Below the pieces are notes generated by a model. That model was not told where the DNA came from and did not search any database. It saw only the letters and a list, made by a program, of their open reading frames with translations. A DNA stretch of 64,000 nucleotides, from positions 49,875,755 to 49,939,754 of the forward strand of contig JAHRHZ010000019.1 of the NCBI GenBank assembly GCA_024137785.1, written 5' to 3'. Shown here one piece after another: positions 12,975-23,909 of this stretch. Source of the stretch: Ginglymostoma cirratum. Taxonomy: Eukaryota. The first letter of the stretch is position 1. Each line of letters begins with the position of its first letter. Both the position numbers and the translations under genes were made by a program.

Positions 12975-13832
12975 TGAGTAGTTCAGAGAAGGTTCACCAG
13001 ATTGATTTCAGGGATGAAAGGGCTATTGTACAAGGAGCAATTGAATAGCTTGTGCTCTTACTTGCTGGAGTTCAGAAGAACAAGGGGGGATCGAGTGGCA
13101 CGATGGCTCAGCGGTCGGCACTGCTGCCTTACAGCGCCAATTCCATCCTCGGGCAACTGTTCTCCCTGTGTCTGTATGGGTTTCTTCTGGTTTCCTCCCA
13201 TAGTCCAAAGATGTTTAAAGTTTTCGAGAAGATATGTAGCTCAGGTTGTGGATGAGATTGTAGACATGCTCACTGAGCCAATGGGTTTGGTTGCAAACAT
13301 TTTGTTTGATGTGCAAGTTAGATGGATTAGCCAAGGGGAATGCAGTGTTACAGGGATAAGGTAGGGGGTGAATCTGAGTTGGATGGTCTTTTGGAGCGTC
13401 GGTGTGGACTTGTTGGGCTGAATGGCCTGTAAGGATTCTATGATCCTACAATCTGATTGAGTTACATAAAATGCTAAATGGGGTTGATAAGGTGGACATG
13501 GAACAGATGATCCCCCTTGTGGGACAGTCTCGAACAAGAGGTCACAGATATAGAGTGAGAGGAGGTATGTTCACAACTGAAATGAGGAGAAACTACTTCT
13601 CTCAGAGGGTTGTGAATCTGTGGAACTCATTGCCTCAGAGTGCAGTAGAGGCAGAACCAAGCAACTAATTCAAGAAAGAAATAGATACTTTTCTGATGAA
13701 AGGTAGGATATCGGACTATGGAAAGCAAGTGTTAGAGGCCAGAATAAGATCAGACATACTCATATTAAATGCCAGACTGGGCTTAAAGGGTTTAATTGCC
13801 AACTCCCACTATTAATTTTATTGTTCTTATGT
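12975..13832 (+). mobile_element. CR1 LINE 3' fragment
   Basis: VQRRFTRLISGMKGL; RTRGHRYRVRGGMFTTEMRRNYFSQRVVNLWNSLPQ; tail gttcttatg. Confidence 0.88.
13095..13449 (+). mobile_element. HE1-type tRNA-derived V-SINE containing a PLE end fragment (about 13214-13306)
   Basis: gtggcacgatggctcagcgg head, V-domain gggtttc..ggtttcctcccatagtccaaagatg, tail aatggcctgtaaggattctatg; insert flanked by gatgt repeats. Confidence 0.85.
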
Positions 13833-13898
13833 ACCCCATATCTCTACAGGTGGCTGAGAAAGAAACGCCTTAATTGCTAACATTCGGAAGACTATGTG

Positions 13899-14032
13899 AG
13901 AAATCACATGACAACAGGTTATAGTCCAACAGGTTTATTTGAAAACACAAGCTTTCAGAGCCTCAGTCCTTCTTCAGGTCAGAGAGATAGCATCTGACGC
14001 AGAATTTATAAGTAAAAGATCAAATGTTCACA
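13899..14032 (-). mobile_element. PLE terminus, family B (single arm), with hammerhead-like core at 13949-13977
   Basis: Reverse complement cctgaagaaggactgaggctctgaaagcttgtgttttcaaataaacctgttggactataac; same family as 26817-27850. Confidence 0.8.
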
Positions 14033-15344
14033 CCACATGGAAAACTATCAGAGACCAGGCATTTTCTCAGCCCCAGGTAGGAGGGGCCCCTGTGGTGTCT
14101 GTGATCAGGGACTTCACCCACAGGCACAGGGAGGAACAGCAGCAGCAGACAGGGATGTGGGACAGAATGGCCCTCATTGCGCAGAAGCTGCAGCAGGACA
14201 GCGAGTCATGTGATCATCCATCTTCATGGACAGGTTGGCGGTTGTCATGGACAGCTAGGCCCAGCTCTGTCAGATTCTGCTGGAGTGGTACACACACCTA
14301 CATGCCAGTGTCGCAACCATTGACCCTCAGGAGCAAAGACATGGTGACAGAGGGACGGAGATTAGCGAGCACTCCTTTCCTCACCAGGAGACAGGGTAGT
14401 GCCAGGAGGTACCCAGTTGGAGGAGGAACCACATGCTGCCCCCTCAGGACACTTGAGAGGTGGCTGAGTCCTTCACCTCCATCCTCCCTATCCCTCTCCG
14501 ACACTTGGAAGTCACGTTGAGAAGGATCCACTTGCTTCCTGCAAGAAGACCCTTGGCATGCCTGACCCCATCTAAACACAAGCAGCCCCCAGGATCATTG
14601 AATCACATCTTTAAGGTCAATGGGCTCCACTGCTGTGCAGGCTCCCTGTATCCCTTCTACAGAACTAGGGAGTATCCTTAGGGTGCTGTGGGAAGGAATG
14701 GAAGAAGACATCACTTTGAGGCCACTTGAGTGGCATGGGTGGCAATGCATTGTACATTATTTGGCATTTTTTAAAAATAAATAGCTCTGCTATGACAATA
14801 CGTCTGTTTTTGGTCTCTCTGTTTAGCCCCGAAGGTCATTGTTCCAGCACGAGGCATCACTTCATGGCCACACAAAATGTACCATGGGTTGATGGCTGAG
14901 GCGAGAGTTTGCAGTAGTATCTAGAAGCAATAGGATCAAGGATATACAGGGACCAGTGGGTGCTGCTGACACGATTGCCCCTTGTCGCACAACAACTTTA
15001 TTCTTTCCTGAGTCTCTACGTCTAAAAGTATTGATGCTGGTGATGTCTGAACCAGGGAGGTGTGTAGCAAACGGGGGATACTGTATGAGGATATCTAAGG
15101 ATGAGGGACACCACTGGTTTGCGTTCTGGACAGTGTACAGATCGGTGTGTGATGTGCTTTCTCTTTAAGTGCCCTCACTTTGGTGGTCCTGTAGCCCCCT
15201 CGCTCACAGCTTGACACTTACTCTACTCACTCCGACTATGATCATAAACATTTTCTTTCCCTTTGCTCATTTTTGATTTCCACTATGATGGAAAGTGACT
15301 TAGTCAGTGGCTTCCAGCTCCTGTTTCTAGCTGTCAGTGAGCCA

Positions 15345-15670
15345 GTTGTGGTGAAGTGAGCATGCCAGTGGACCAGTAATACAGAACCTCTAATGTTTTG
15401 GGGTCATGGGTTTGAATCCTACCATGACAGATAGTGAAATTTGAATTCTATAAAAAGCTGGCCTAATATAAACCATGTAACCACAGGTCATTGTCATAAC
15501 AACCCATCTGGACCACTAATGTTTTTCAGGAGGAAAATCCGCCATCCTTAACTGATCCGGCCTACATGTGACTCCAAACCCATAGCAATGTGCTGGCTCT
15601 GGTAACTGGGGATGGACAAAAAATGCTGACTTAACCAGTGACTCTATCATCCTATGAACAAATAACAAAA
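15345..15670 (+). mobile_element. tRNA-headed SINE family 2 (tail shared with the LINE at 36770-37350)
   Basis: B-box-like gggtttgaatcct; core aacccatctggaccactaatg...ggcctacatgtgactcca; tail gggatggacaaaaaatgctg. Confidence 0.75.
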
Positions 15671-16982
15671 ATAAACGATTCTACAATATACCAGCTTGGC
15701 TTAATATACTTGCCAATTTAAATTCAAGGAAAATATATAGGCTGGTTAGCAACTAAATTCTTGTTCTTTTTCCCTTACTTCTATAAACTGATTTCCATTT
15801 AATCAGAGGAAAGATGAATGCATCAGGGAAAGGAATAAACATTTTGATTTCATTGGTATCGTCTCAGGAATGGCTGTACAGTTTACTTTTTGCCATTCAC
15901 CACTTGACAATTGCTTATCTGTAATGATTACTGTGCAGCTCATGATTTTTTATTCATCTTGCATTGTCGTAAATCAGGGGTCCAGTTGGGGATCAGGGAA
16001 GGGGATATTTTAAAAATATTTGTTGCATTTTCTGAACATTTTGAAGCTTCTATCTTCATGACAATGGGTCACTATATTTATGTAACTGTGCACTTTGACA
16101 GAATTGCTTCTGGGGTAAAATATAGAAGACGGTGAACAGATAGAAGATAGAACAGATAGATAAAGCCAATATTAAATATGCAAATAAACAATAGCATATG
16201 TTATATACACATAAGTTTATAAACCATGGTCACAGCCAGCAATAGCCAGTAACAAGTTCTTACACTTTTTGACCCAATTGTCTACACAGTCTGTCCCATT
16301 TACAGGGAAAAGTTCCTATGGTTCAGAGCTGTTTTCCTGGTAGATATTTACCTGATGACAACCTCATCTGCTCGGGTTCAACAAGATTGGTTTAGTTGCA
16401 TCAGTGATGTAATTCTTCAACATCTTCACCTGGTGAAAACATAAAAAAGGTTAGAAAGAAATAAGTAGATTGGATTCGACACATGGTCAGCTGTGTGAGA
16501 TTCAGACAAAATGTTACCTGAATCTTTGAATTACAAAGTATCTGTAGTAGTGCCATACTTCTGGATCAGTGTTGCAATTTGTCTACACTGTAAACTTATT
16601 GCATTTCTTCTCTGTTTGCGTGTTCAGGTCTGTGTGAGTGAGTGTGCCAAAGCTTTCATTAGAGTAGCACAATGCAGGAACAGCAAAAGTATTGTGCATT
16701 GTAGATACCATTCTGGAAGCAAAACAAATGCATGGACAAATTGGAAATTGTATATTTGAATATTGTAGCATCTGTGTGTCTTTCTTCATCTTTTTTGTTA
16801 AAGAGACAGGTCATTGCTTGCTCAGCTCAAACTGGTCTGAGATGTCCAGTGGAGGGTCCGATGATATTTTGTCTCTTCAATACACACAAATCACAGTGGA
16901 AAGCTCACAGAGAACCTGGTTGTAACTTTCTGTTTATAATATGGTAAGCACTGTTCATTCACAACTGAATGCAAAATCCAGG

Positions 16983-18830
16983 TCATAAGATAAAGGAGCA
17001 GAATTAGGCCATTTGGCCCATAATGTCTGCTCTGCCATTTGATCATGGCTGACATGTTTCTCAAAACAATTCTCCTGCCTTCAACCTGTAATCCTTGATT
17101 CCCTTACTAATCAAGAACTTCTTTCTTAAAGACCCTCAATGACTTGGCCTCTGCAGCCTCTGAGGCAATGGGTTCCACAGATTCACCACCCTCTGTCTTA
17201 AGAAATTACTCCTCATTTCAGTTCTAAAGAGTTGTTCGAAAGGTTATGCCCTCAGGTCCTAGTTTCTCCTACTAGCATAAGTGTCTTCTCTATGTCCACT
17301 TGAACCAGGTCTCTCAGCATTCTGTACGTTTCAATAAGATTCCCCCTTCATCCTTCTAAACTCTGTTGAATACAGACCTAGAATCCTCAACCGTTTCTCA
17401 TATTACAAGACCTTGACAAGCCTGGATCATTCTTGTAAACTTCCTCTGGACCCTCCAAAGCCAGCCCATCCTTCCTTAGATATAGCACCCAAAACTGCTC
17501 ACAATATTCCAAATGTGGTTTGACCAGAGCCTTATATAGCTTCAGCAATACGTCTCTGCTCTTATATTCTAGCCCTCTTGAAATGAATGCTAACATCACA
17601 TTTGCCAAGAACCTTCATGTTGACCTCAAAGAATCTGGAACCAGGACTCCCAAGTCCCTTTGTACTTCAGATTTCCAAAGCCTTTCCCCATTTAGAAAAT
17701 AGTCTACACCTCTATTTGTCCTACCAAAGTGCATAAGCTTGCACTTTCCCACATTGTATTTAATCTGCCACTTCTTTGTCCACTCTCTTAGCCTGTCCAA
17801 GTCCTTCTGCAGCTTCCCCACTTCCTCAACACTACCTGTTGCTTCATCTATCTTTGTGTTATCTACAAACTGTACCCTCAGTTCCTTCGTCCAGATTGTT
17901 AATGTTTAACCTGAATAGTAGTGGTCCCAACACTGAGCTCTATGGAACTCCACTAGTCACCAGCTGCCAACGTGAAAAAGACCCCTTTATTCCCACTATT
18001 TGCCTTCTGCCAGTCAGAAAATCACCTACCCTTGCCATTTCCTGTCCCTCACACCACAGGCTCTTATTTAACAGCTTCCTGTATGGCACCTTGTCAATGG
18101 CCTTCTGGAATCTCAGATCATATCATTTGCTCTCCTTTGTCCAACTTGCTCACTACTCCCTCAAAGAATTCTGACAGATTTGTCAGTCATGATTTCTTCT
18201 TGACAAAGCTGTGTTGACTCAGCCTATTTTTACCAGGCACTTTCAAATATTCTGCAACCTCATCTTTAGTAATGGACTCGGGAATCTTCTGAAGAACTGA
18301 TGTCAGGCTAACCGGCTGATAATTTATCACCTTCTGCATCTCTCCATTCTTAAACTGGGGTGTTATATTAGATATTTGCCAGTCCTCTGGGACCCTCCCT
18401 GCCTCCAGTGATTCCTGAAAGATCACCACAAATGCCTCCCCAATCTCCTCAGCTGTCTCCTTCAGAACTGTGGGGTGTAACCTATCTGGTCTGGGTGATT
18501 TATCCACCTTTAGATTTTCAGCTTCCCCAGCAGCTTCTCCTTAGTGATGGCCCTGACACTCACCTCTGCCTCCAACTCTCTTGAAGCTCTGGTGTGCTGC
18601 TGGTGTCTTCCATTGTGCAAAGTACCCACTCAGTTCTTTGTTATCTGTTGCTACTTCTCTAGCCTCATATCCCAGTGGTCCAGTGTCCACTCTTGCCTAT
18701 AGATTACCCTTTATACATTAAAAAAAATTCTTGCAGTCTTCTTTTGTATTACTCGCTAGCTTACCCTCATATTTCATTTTCTCTGCCTTTTTTCCTCTGC
18801 TGGTTATTAAAGGCTTCTCACAAATCTTCA
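16983..18830 (-). mobile_element. CR1 LINE, 5'-truncated, decayed
   Basis: Minus ORFs: DKSPRPDRLHPTVLKE, LQKDLDRLREWTKKWQ, LYKALVKPHLEYCEQFW. Confidence 0.92.
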
Positions 18831-18894
18831 CCATTGTCTGTGCTGTATCAGTTTAACTTTAAGTTGTGGCTTGGCTTACCTGGCAACGATATTA

Positions 18895-19405
18895 ATATCC
18901 ATGCTGTTGTCTCCTCCAAAGCTGACTATACAAATACATTGCCACTTTAATTCTCTTCAGATTGAGTTTCAATTCATCCAATCTTTTTCGGTCTGCTCAC
19001 CCAACATCCTTGTTCTCACTGACCTACGTGAGCTCCTCACTCCCCTGCACTTCACCTTCATTTTTAATTCCTTTCATGGACACTCTTCTCATGGTCCCTG
19101 CCAAACCTTCCATTCCATACACCACCCCATCGATATCTTAAATCTCCTAACACTAGTGGGTTATGAATCCCTGCTTTTCATTGCTGCAGAACTGAAACTG
19201 TGTCTTCAGCCACTTTGATGCCACTCTCCATCCTTTCTTCCCTCCACCTCCCTCATGTTTTGTAATGCTTCCCTTAAAGTTTACTGCTTTGATTATGCTT
19301 TTGGTCACCCCTGTCACTGTCTCAGAATTCATATTCAGATTATGCCTCTGCAAAGTTCTTTAGGGTGTGTTACACTCAGTTAAAGATGCTGCATAAAAGC
19401 TATAA
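18895..19405 (+). mobile_element. L2 LINE 3' remnant
   Basis: ctccaaagctgactat (cf. SRLDY), tctgctcacccaacatccttgttctcactgacctac, cttttggtcacc and tail aaagatgctgcataaa. Confidence 0.5.
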
Positions 19406-19679
19406 TTCAGACATACGCAAAGTATTTTTTAATACCTGTGCTCTAAGCTATCCAGTTCAGGAGGGTGACATCTGTGTGCTGTTCTTTGAGTTCACAACTT
19501 GATTGAGGAACCAATCTTCCGTGTTGCACTCTATTCATATTGAGATGTGAAGGCAAACATCTGGGACTGACCCCCCATTTAAATTGCTCAAACTGGTTTC
19601 CATAAGCCAACTGCAGATCAATATTTTCCTCTTGACCGTCGGTTCCTGGAATCCAGGCTTAGTCACCCTGCAGATCTGC

Positions 19680-20050
19680 ACGTTTACAGTTGGCCGCACT
19701 CAGACAGTGTAAAAGTGCCTGGGTTATCAAAGCTGAAGTGACATTTGCCAGCACAGCACAGGAAAGAAAATAGCTGTTAGCTCCCATACCTCTCCGCTCA
19801 CCACCCCTCCCTTCTCATCGCCCACAATTGACAAAGACAATGCAGGGCGGTCACCTGCTGCTAGCTTGATCTTGCTGTCTCTCGCTGTCTGTTGCTGCTG
19901 TTGCTGATCCCCATGAGAGTTGCGGGTCGTTATGTTCGTACAATGAGGCCTGGGAGTGCGGCCGTTGCAGGGATTGCAAATGCAGATGTTCAGTTTCTCA
20001 ACAAAGCTGTCCCAAGGTTTTTAAGCACAACCACAAGTTTCAAATCACAG
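19680..20050. promoter_or_regulatory. Locally GC/CpG-richer unique segment; possible promoter or first exon (minus strand)
   Basis: Several CpGs, a GGGCGG box at about 19845 and a possible minus-strand donor CAG|GTGACC at about 19855; not recognisably a repeat. Confidence 0.25.
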
Positions 20051-20479
20051 TGAAGGCTTTGTATGTTAAAAGCGCTCAAAGCACTTTGTCACTTTGGTTT
20101 ATTTTCTTTGTGGTCAGAATTTCCTTTCTTCCCGTTCCACGGGCTAATGCTAACTATCTGACTAGCTGCTGGTTCTGTTCATTTTCAACAGGCTTTTAAA
20201 GATTGGGAAAGGGTTTGAAACGAGGTGCAGAATTTTCTTATTTCCATTAAAGTGTTTTGTCGAGATGCCTGATGCTCTGTCTGCCATCTCTCAGAACCTT
20301 TTCTCACACAATCTTCTGCTCGTCACTTTAGTAGCTGTGTGATGGGCTTGTAAGCACCTTTCCCATGGCATCATTCAGCTGGAGAGGCGAAAGTGCTCAT
20401 TCTGCTGTGACCTTCCAGTGTTGAAGTCTCTGGCACAGTATTTTAAGGGCAGCTGTGCATCACGGGAAGTGCTGCTCAC

Positions 20480-20705
20480 ACTGTGCTATTCCATACTGAA
20501 CATGGTGGACAGGATTCTGGAAGAGTTGGTGGATAGGTTCGTCAAAGGTGGACAGTCCTTACTCCAGCTGGTAGTGCCACCAGAAACAGCCAGCCTGCGC
20601 ACAAGTTGTAGTCGGGTCAGTCATGCATCCTGAGTTAACAGGAATGGCCAGCAGTGTAGGAAGGAAGTCGATGATCTTCTGTACTGTTCAAAAGTGAGAT
20701 CCACC
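20480..20705 (+). pseudogene. Harbinger Myb/SANT domain exon relic
   Basis: ILEELVD... then RNGQQCRKEVDDLLYCSK followed by donor gtgag (cf. RT.QQCRKK.NDL). Confidence 0.6.
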
Positions 20706-20931
20706 AACTTCTCACTGTTACCACCCAGTCAGGGGGTGATCACTTACCCTAACTCACCAGATCATATGCATCTGACCAAGGCTCATAAACTACAGCACAT
20801 ACTATTGCATACATCATGTCCACTCATTCCTCTCATCCTCCCAAACCACTAAACTTCCCTGCTCTCTGTGCTTCCTGCTCACTGGTTGGGGACACCTTGT
20901 ACCTAGAAGATACCTTGTACCTTGTAACTTG

Positions 20932-21256
20932 TCCCTACAGTGTGGAAGCAGGCCATTTGGCCCATCGTGTCCACGCTGACCCTCCAAAGAGCATCTCACC
21001 CAGACCCACCACCCTATCTTGTTGTTGTGACCCTGCATTTCCCCTGGCCAACCTGGACACTATGGGACGATTTAGCATGGCCAAACCACCTAACCTGCAC
21101 ATCCTTGGACTGTGGGAGGAAACCAGAGCACCCGAAGGAAACGCACGCAGACACCGGGAGAACATGTAAACTTCACACAGGCAATCACCCAAGGCTGGAA
21201 TCAAATCAGGGTCCCTGGCACTGTGAGGCAGCAGTGCTACCCACTGAGCCACCTGT
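20932..21256 (-). mobile_element. HE1-type V-SINE, full length
   Basis: Reverse complement of the HE1-type consensus shared with 33493, 42285 and 54524. Confidence 0.9.
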
Positions 21257-21764
21257 CCTACTATGGAGTGCTCTTCTATCCACTTCCATCATACTCAGTC
21301 CAAGAAAGTGACACAAAGCGACCTGGCAGAAGCAATGCAAGTCAGAGCTGCTCCCAAACTTCCAAAGTAAAGTGCTGAAGGTTTGAATTAGCGTCTGAGT
21401 TGGTTTCAGGGCAGGGATCATGATATGGTAAGGCTAGTTGTTTATTGTTTATTTCCTGTCCTTCTTAATTCATAAGTTCTTGAAAAAAGGTTAAATCCTT
21501 GATTTTCTAAATTTTATTAACATCTTAGAATCCTAATATTTCATTCTCATTATATCTTCCAACTTTCTCACCATTACTCACACCACACAAACTGGGAAAA
21601 AATTGACACTTTCCCATGTTTAGTGACATTTGTGAAACATGAGTAGAGGGAAAGATTTTGCAAGTTTATAGTTCCTACTTTATCACTACCATGACATATT
21701 TCTTGACTTTCTAAGCTAAGATCCTTTTGACTGTCTTTATCCCATTACAATTCAGTGGCCTCAA

Positions 21765-22010
21765 CTACTTAGAAGGACAAGGCCAGCAGACGCATGGGAA
21801 AACCACTACTTCCAAGTTACTCTCCAACAAATCACACGTACTGCTTTTAACTTGGAACTTTATTTTCCGGTCAATATCTTAGATTTCCATTCCTAACAAC
21901 AGTGTGAGTGTGACCGAAATGTCTGTTTCCGTGCTGTATGACTCTATGGCTTTACTTATGCTACATGGGTTGCAATGCTTCAAGATGGCAGTCTGACATC
22001 AACTTGTCAA
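21765..22010 (+). mobile_element. 3' UTR fragment of the LINE family seen at 36770-37350
   Basis: tagaaggacaaggccagcagacgcatggg...cttcaagatggcag matches 37141-37290. Confidence 0.6.
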
Positions 22011-22011
22011 A

Positions 22012-22390
22012 GACACAGTGGCAATTTCACTTGACTGTAAGTACAGAGGCATGAGCTAATGCTCTGGGGACATAGGTTCAAATCTTGCCAAGGCACCCGA
22101 TACTATTTAAATTCAATTAACAGATCTGGAAGTGATTGCTGGCCTCAGGAACAGTAATCATGAAACTACCATTGATTGTTGTAAAAGCCCATCCAGTTCA
22201 TTCACTAATGTTGTTTAGGGAGTAACATCTGCCAACCTTATCCAGTCTAGCCTAAATGTGACTGCAGACCCACAGCAAGGTGATTGACTCTTAGCTGTCC
22301 TTCCATGAGGCCACTCAGTTCAAGGAGCAATTAGGGATGGATGATGCTAGTCTAACTAGTGATGCTCACACTCATGAAAGAACAAAATTA
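22012..22390 (+). mobile_element. tRNA-headed SINE family 2
   Basis: ctaatgctctggggacataggttcaaatc; core gtgactgcagacccacagcaa; tail gcaattagggatgg. Confidence 0.75.
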
Positions 22391-22631
22391 AAATCTTATT
22401 GTTGGAGCTACCATTCCTCCTTTTCCATTTTGCCTATCTATTCTACATGTCAAGTGCCATGGAATATTTACATCCTAACTCTGGTCATTTTACAATAGTT
22501 ATTAGGTCAAACCTATTAATTTCTGTCTGTTATTTTATTTTATTTGTTTCAAATGCTTTACACATGCAAACTTGACACTTTTAGCTTTGACAAGTGCTGA
22601 TTTTCTATGAACTAACTTTAGTCCATAATAC

Positions 22632-22879
22632 GAGATAACAAGATGTGGGGCTGGATGAACACACCAGGCCAAGCAGCATCATAGGAGCAGGAAAGCTTGA
22701 CGTTTCGGGCCGAGACCCTTCATCAGAAAATCTGAACATTAGTGAAAATCTGATGAAGGGTCTAGGCCCAAAACGTCAAGCTTTCCTGCTCCTATGATGC
22801 TGCTTGGCCTGCTGTGTTCATCCAGCCCCACACCTTGTTATCTCGGATTCTTCAGCATCTGCAGTACCTTTTATCTCTC
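22632..22879. mobile_element. PLE-derived fold-back mini-element, family A, with 14-bp TSD
   Basis: About 95-bp inverted arms (22632-22727 / 22749-22844), 3' tail on the right arm only; TSD ttagtccataatac at 22618-22631 and 22880-22893. Confidence 0.9.
22699..22726 (-). ncRNA. Minimal hammerhead ribozyme motif (PLE type), core intact
   Basis: Minus strand CUGAUGA-A-GGGUCUCGGCCC-GAAA-CG-UC; the + arm copy (22750-22777) has GAAA changed to AAAA. Confidence 0.7.
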
Positions 22880-23909
22880 TTAGTCCATAATACCTTGGTT
22901 CTTTCCACTGCTCCTCCTGATCCACTCTGCGTATTTGTTTCCCAAACACTGCACTGCTCTCTCCTTTCCTGAGTTCTTTCTCAACCTCCATCCACTCCAA
23001 ACCCATTTGCTAGTTTGAAGCTCTATCTAATGTCCTGATTATTTTATTCATCAGATAATGGTCCCAACTAGGTTTAATTGGAACCAACCCTGACAAAGGA
23101 GCTTGGTCTTCCCTCATATCAATACTTCAGCCACACATTTAATCTTCTCAAAACTTGGCTTCCATGAGGGGCTGTATGTCATCAACAATATTCTATCCTG
23201 GGCTGTTACTAGACTCCAGTCAGAACTAGAGAACCTATGAATTTGGCACTTGCTGCAACCCAACAGGGAAGCTTTACTGTGAAATTGTGCAATCTGTGAT
23301 AACCCAAGACAAGACTGAACAAGCCCATGAACCTGGCTGATGACTCGCCAGTGCTCATATGACTCACTTCTTAAAGGAACAGTGTCCCGATATAATACAC
23401 CCCAATTATAATACAAAACCGACAGCTGCAAGATTGTGTTCAATTATAATCTATAATCTCATTACTTGGCATATCGCCTACTCTTTCATTAGCAGAAACT
23501 AGGAGATCAGCTCTCCTTCAATGGAGAGTGCAGGGCAGCATGCCATGAGCAGCACCATGCCTTCCTGAAGATGAGGCCTGGACCTAGTAGAGCTACCATA
23601 CATGACAATTTGCATGCTGGAAGCAGAATGTGAAACACACGGCTAAGAAATAACACAAGCAATGGATCAAATCCAAGCTCTGAAATACAGCCACATCCAT
23701 TCACGAATGGTGGCGAACATTTGAATGAATAACAAGCACAGGAGGCTTGATAAATGTCTCCAATTTCAACATCACATCACATCATTGACAATGCTATCAA
23801 ATGACATTTGATCAGCGATACCCTGTTCACTGGTATTCAGTTTGTTTTCCACCAAATGTTGGCCCAGCCTGCAAAGCTCACATCCACGTATGAATTAAAA
23901 AAAACCCCG

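Larger units (their letters stand above)
12400..14785 (+). pseudogene. Harbinger Myb/SANT-partner gene relic (multi-exon), split by CR1, SINE and PLE insertions
   Basis: After acceptor ttacag at about 12529: ENTTYNRTEKAHATGEVPDIRVLTIFEERTL (cf. EK.AHNRRER..TGGG.PDIRVLT.FEE); ISDTDTLVG near 12915; low-complexity C-terminal part at 14040-14700; AATAAA at about 14776. Confidence 0.6.

Noticed and set aside
13939-14520. 193-aa ORF as a host gene
   Set aside because: Begins in a PLE terminus and continues into a decayed Harbinger-associated region; chimeric, with no coherent domain
22632-22879. Classical DNA-transposon MITE
   Set aside because: Arms are asymmetric with a one-sided tail, TSD length varies from 10 to 17 bp among copies, and the arms carry hammerhead cores, all of which fit PLE retrotransposition better
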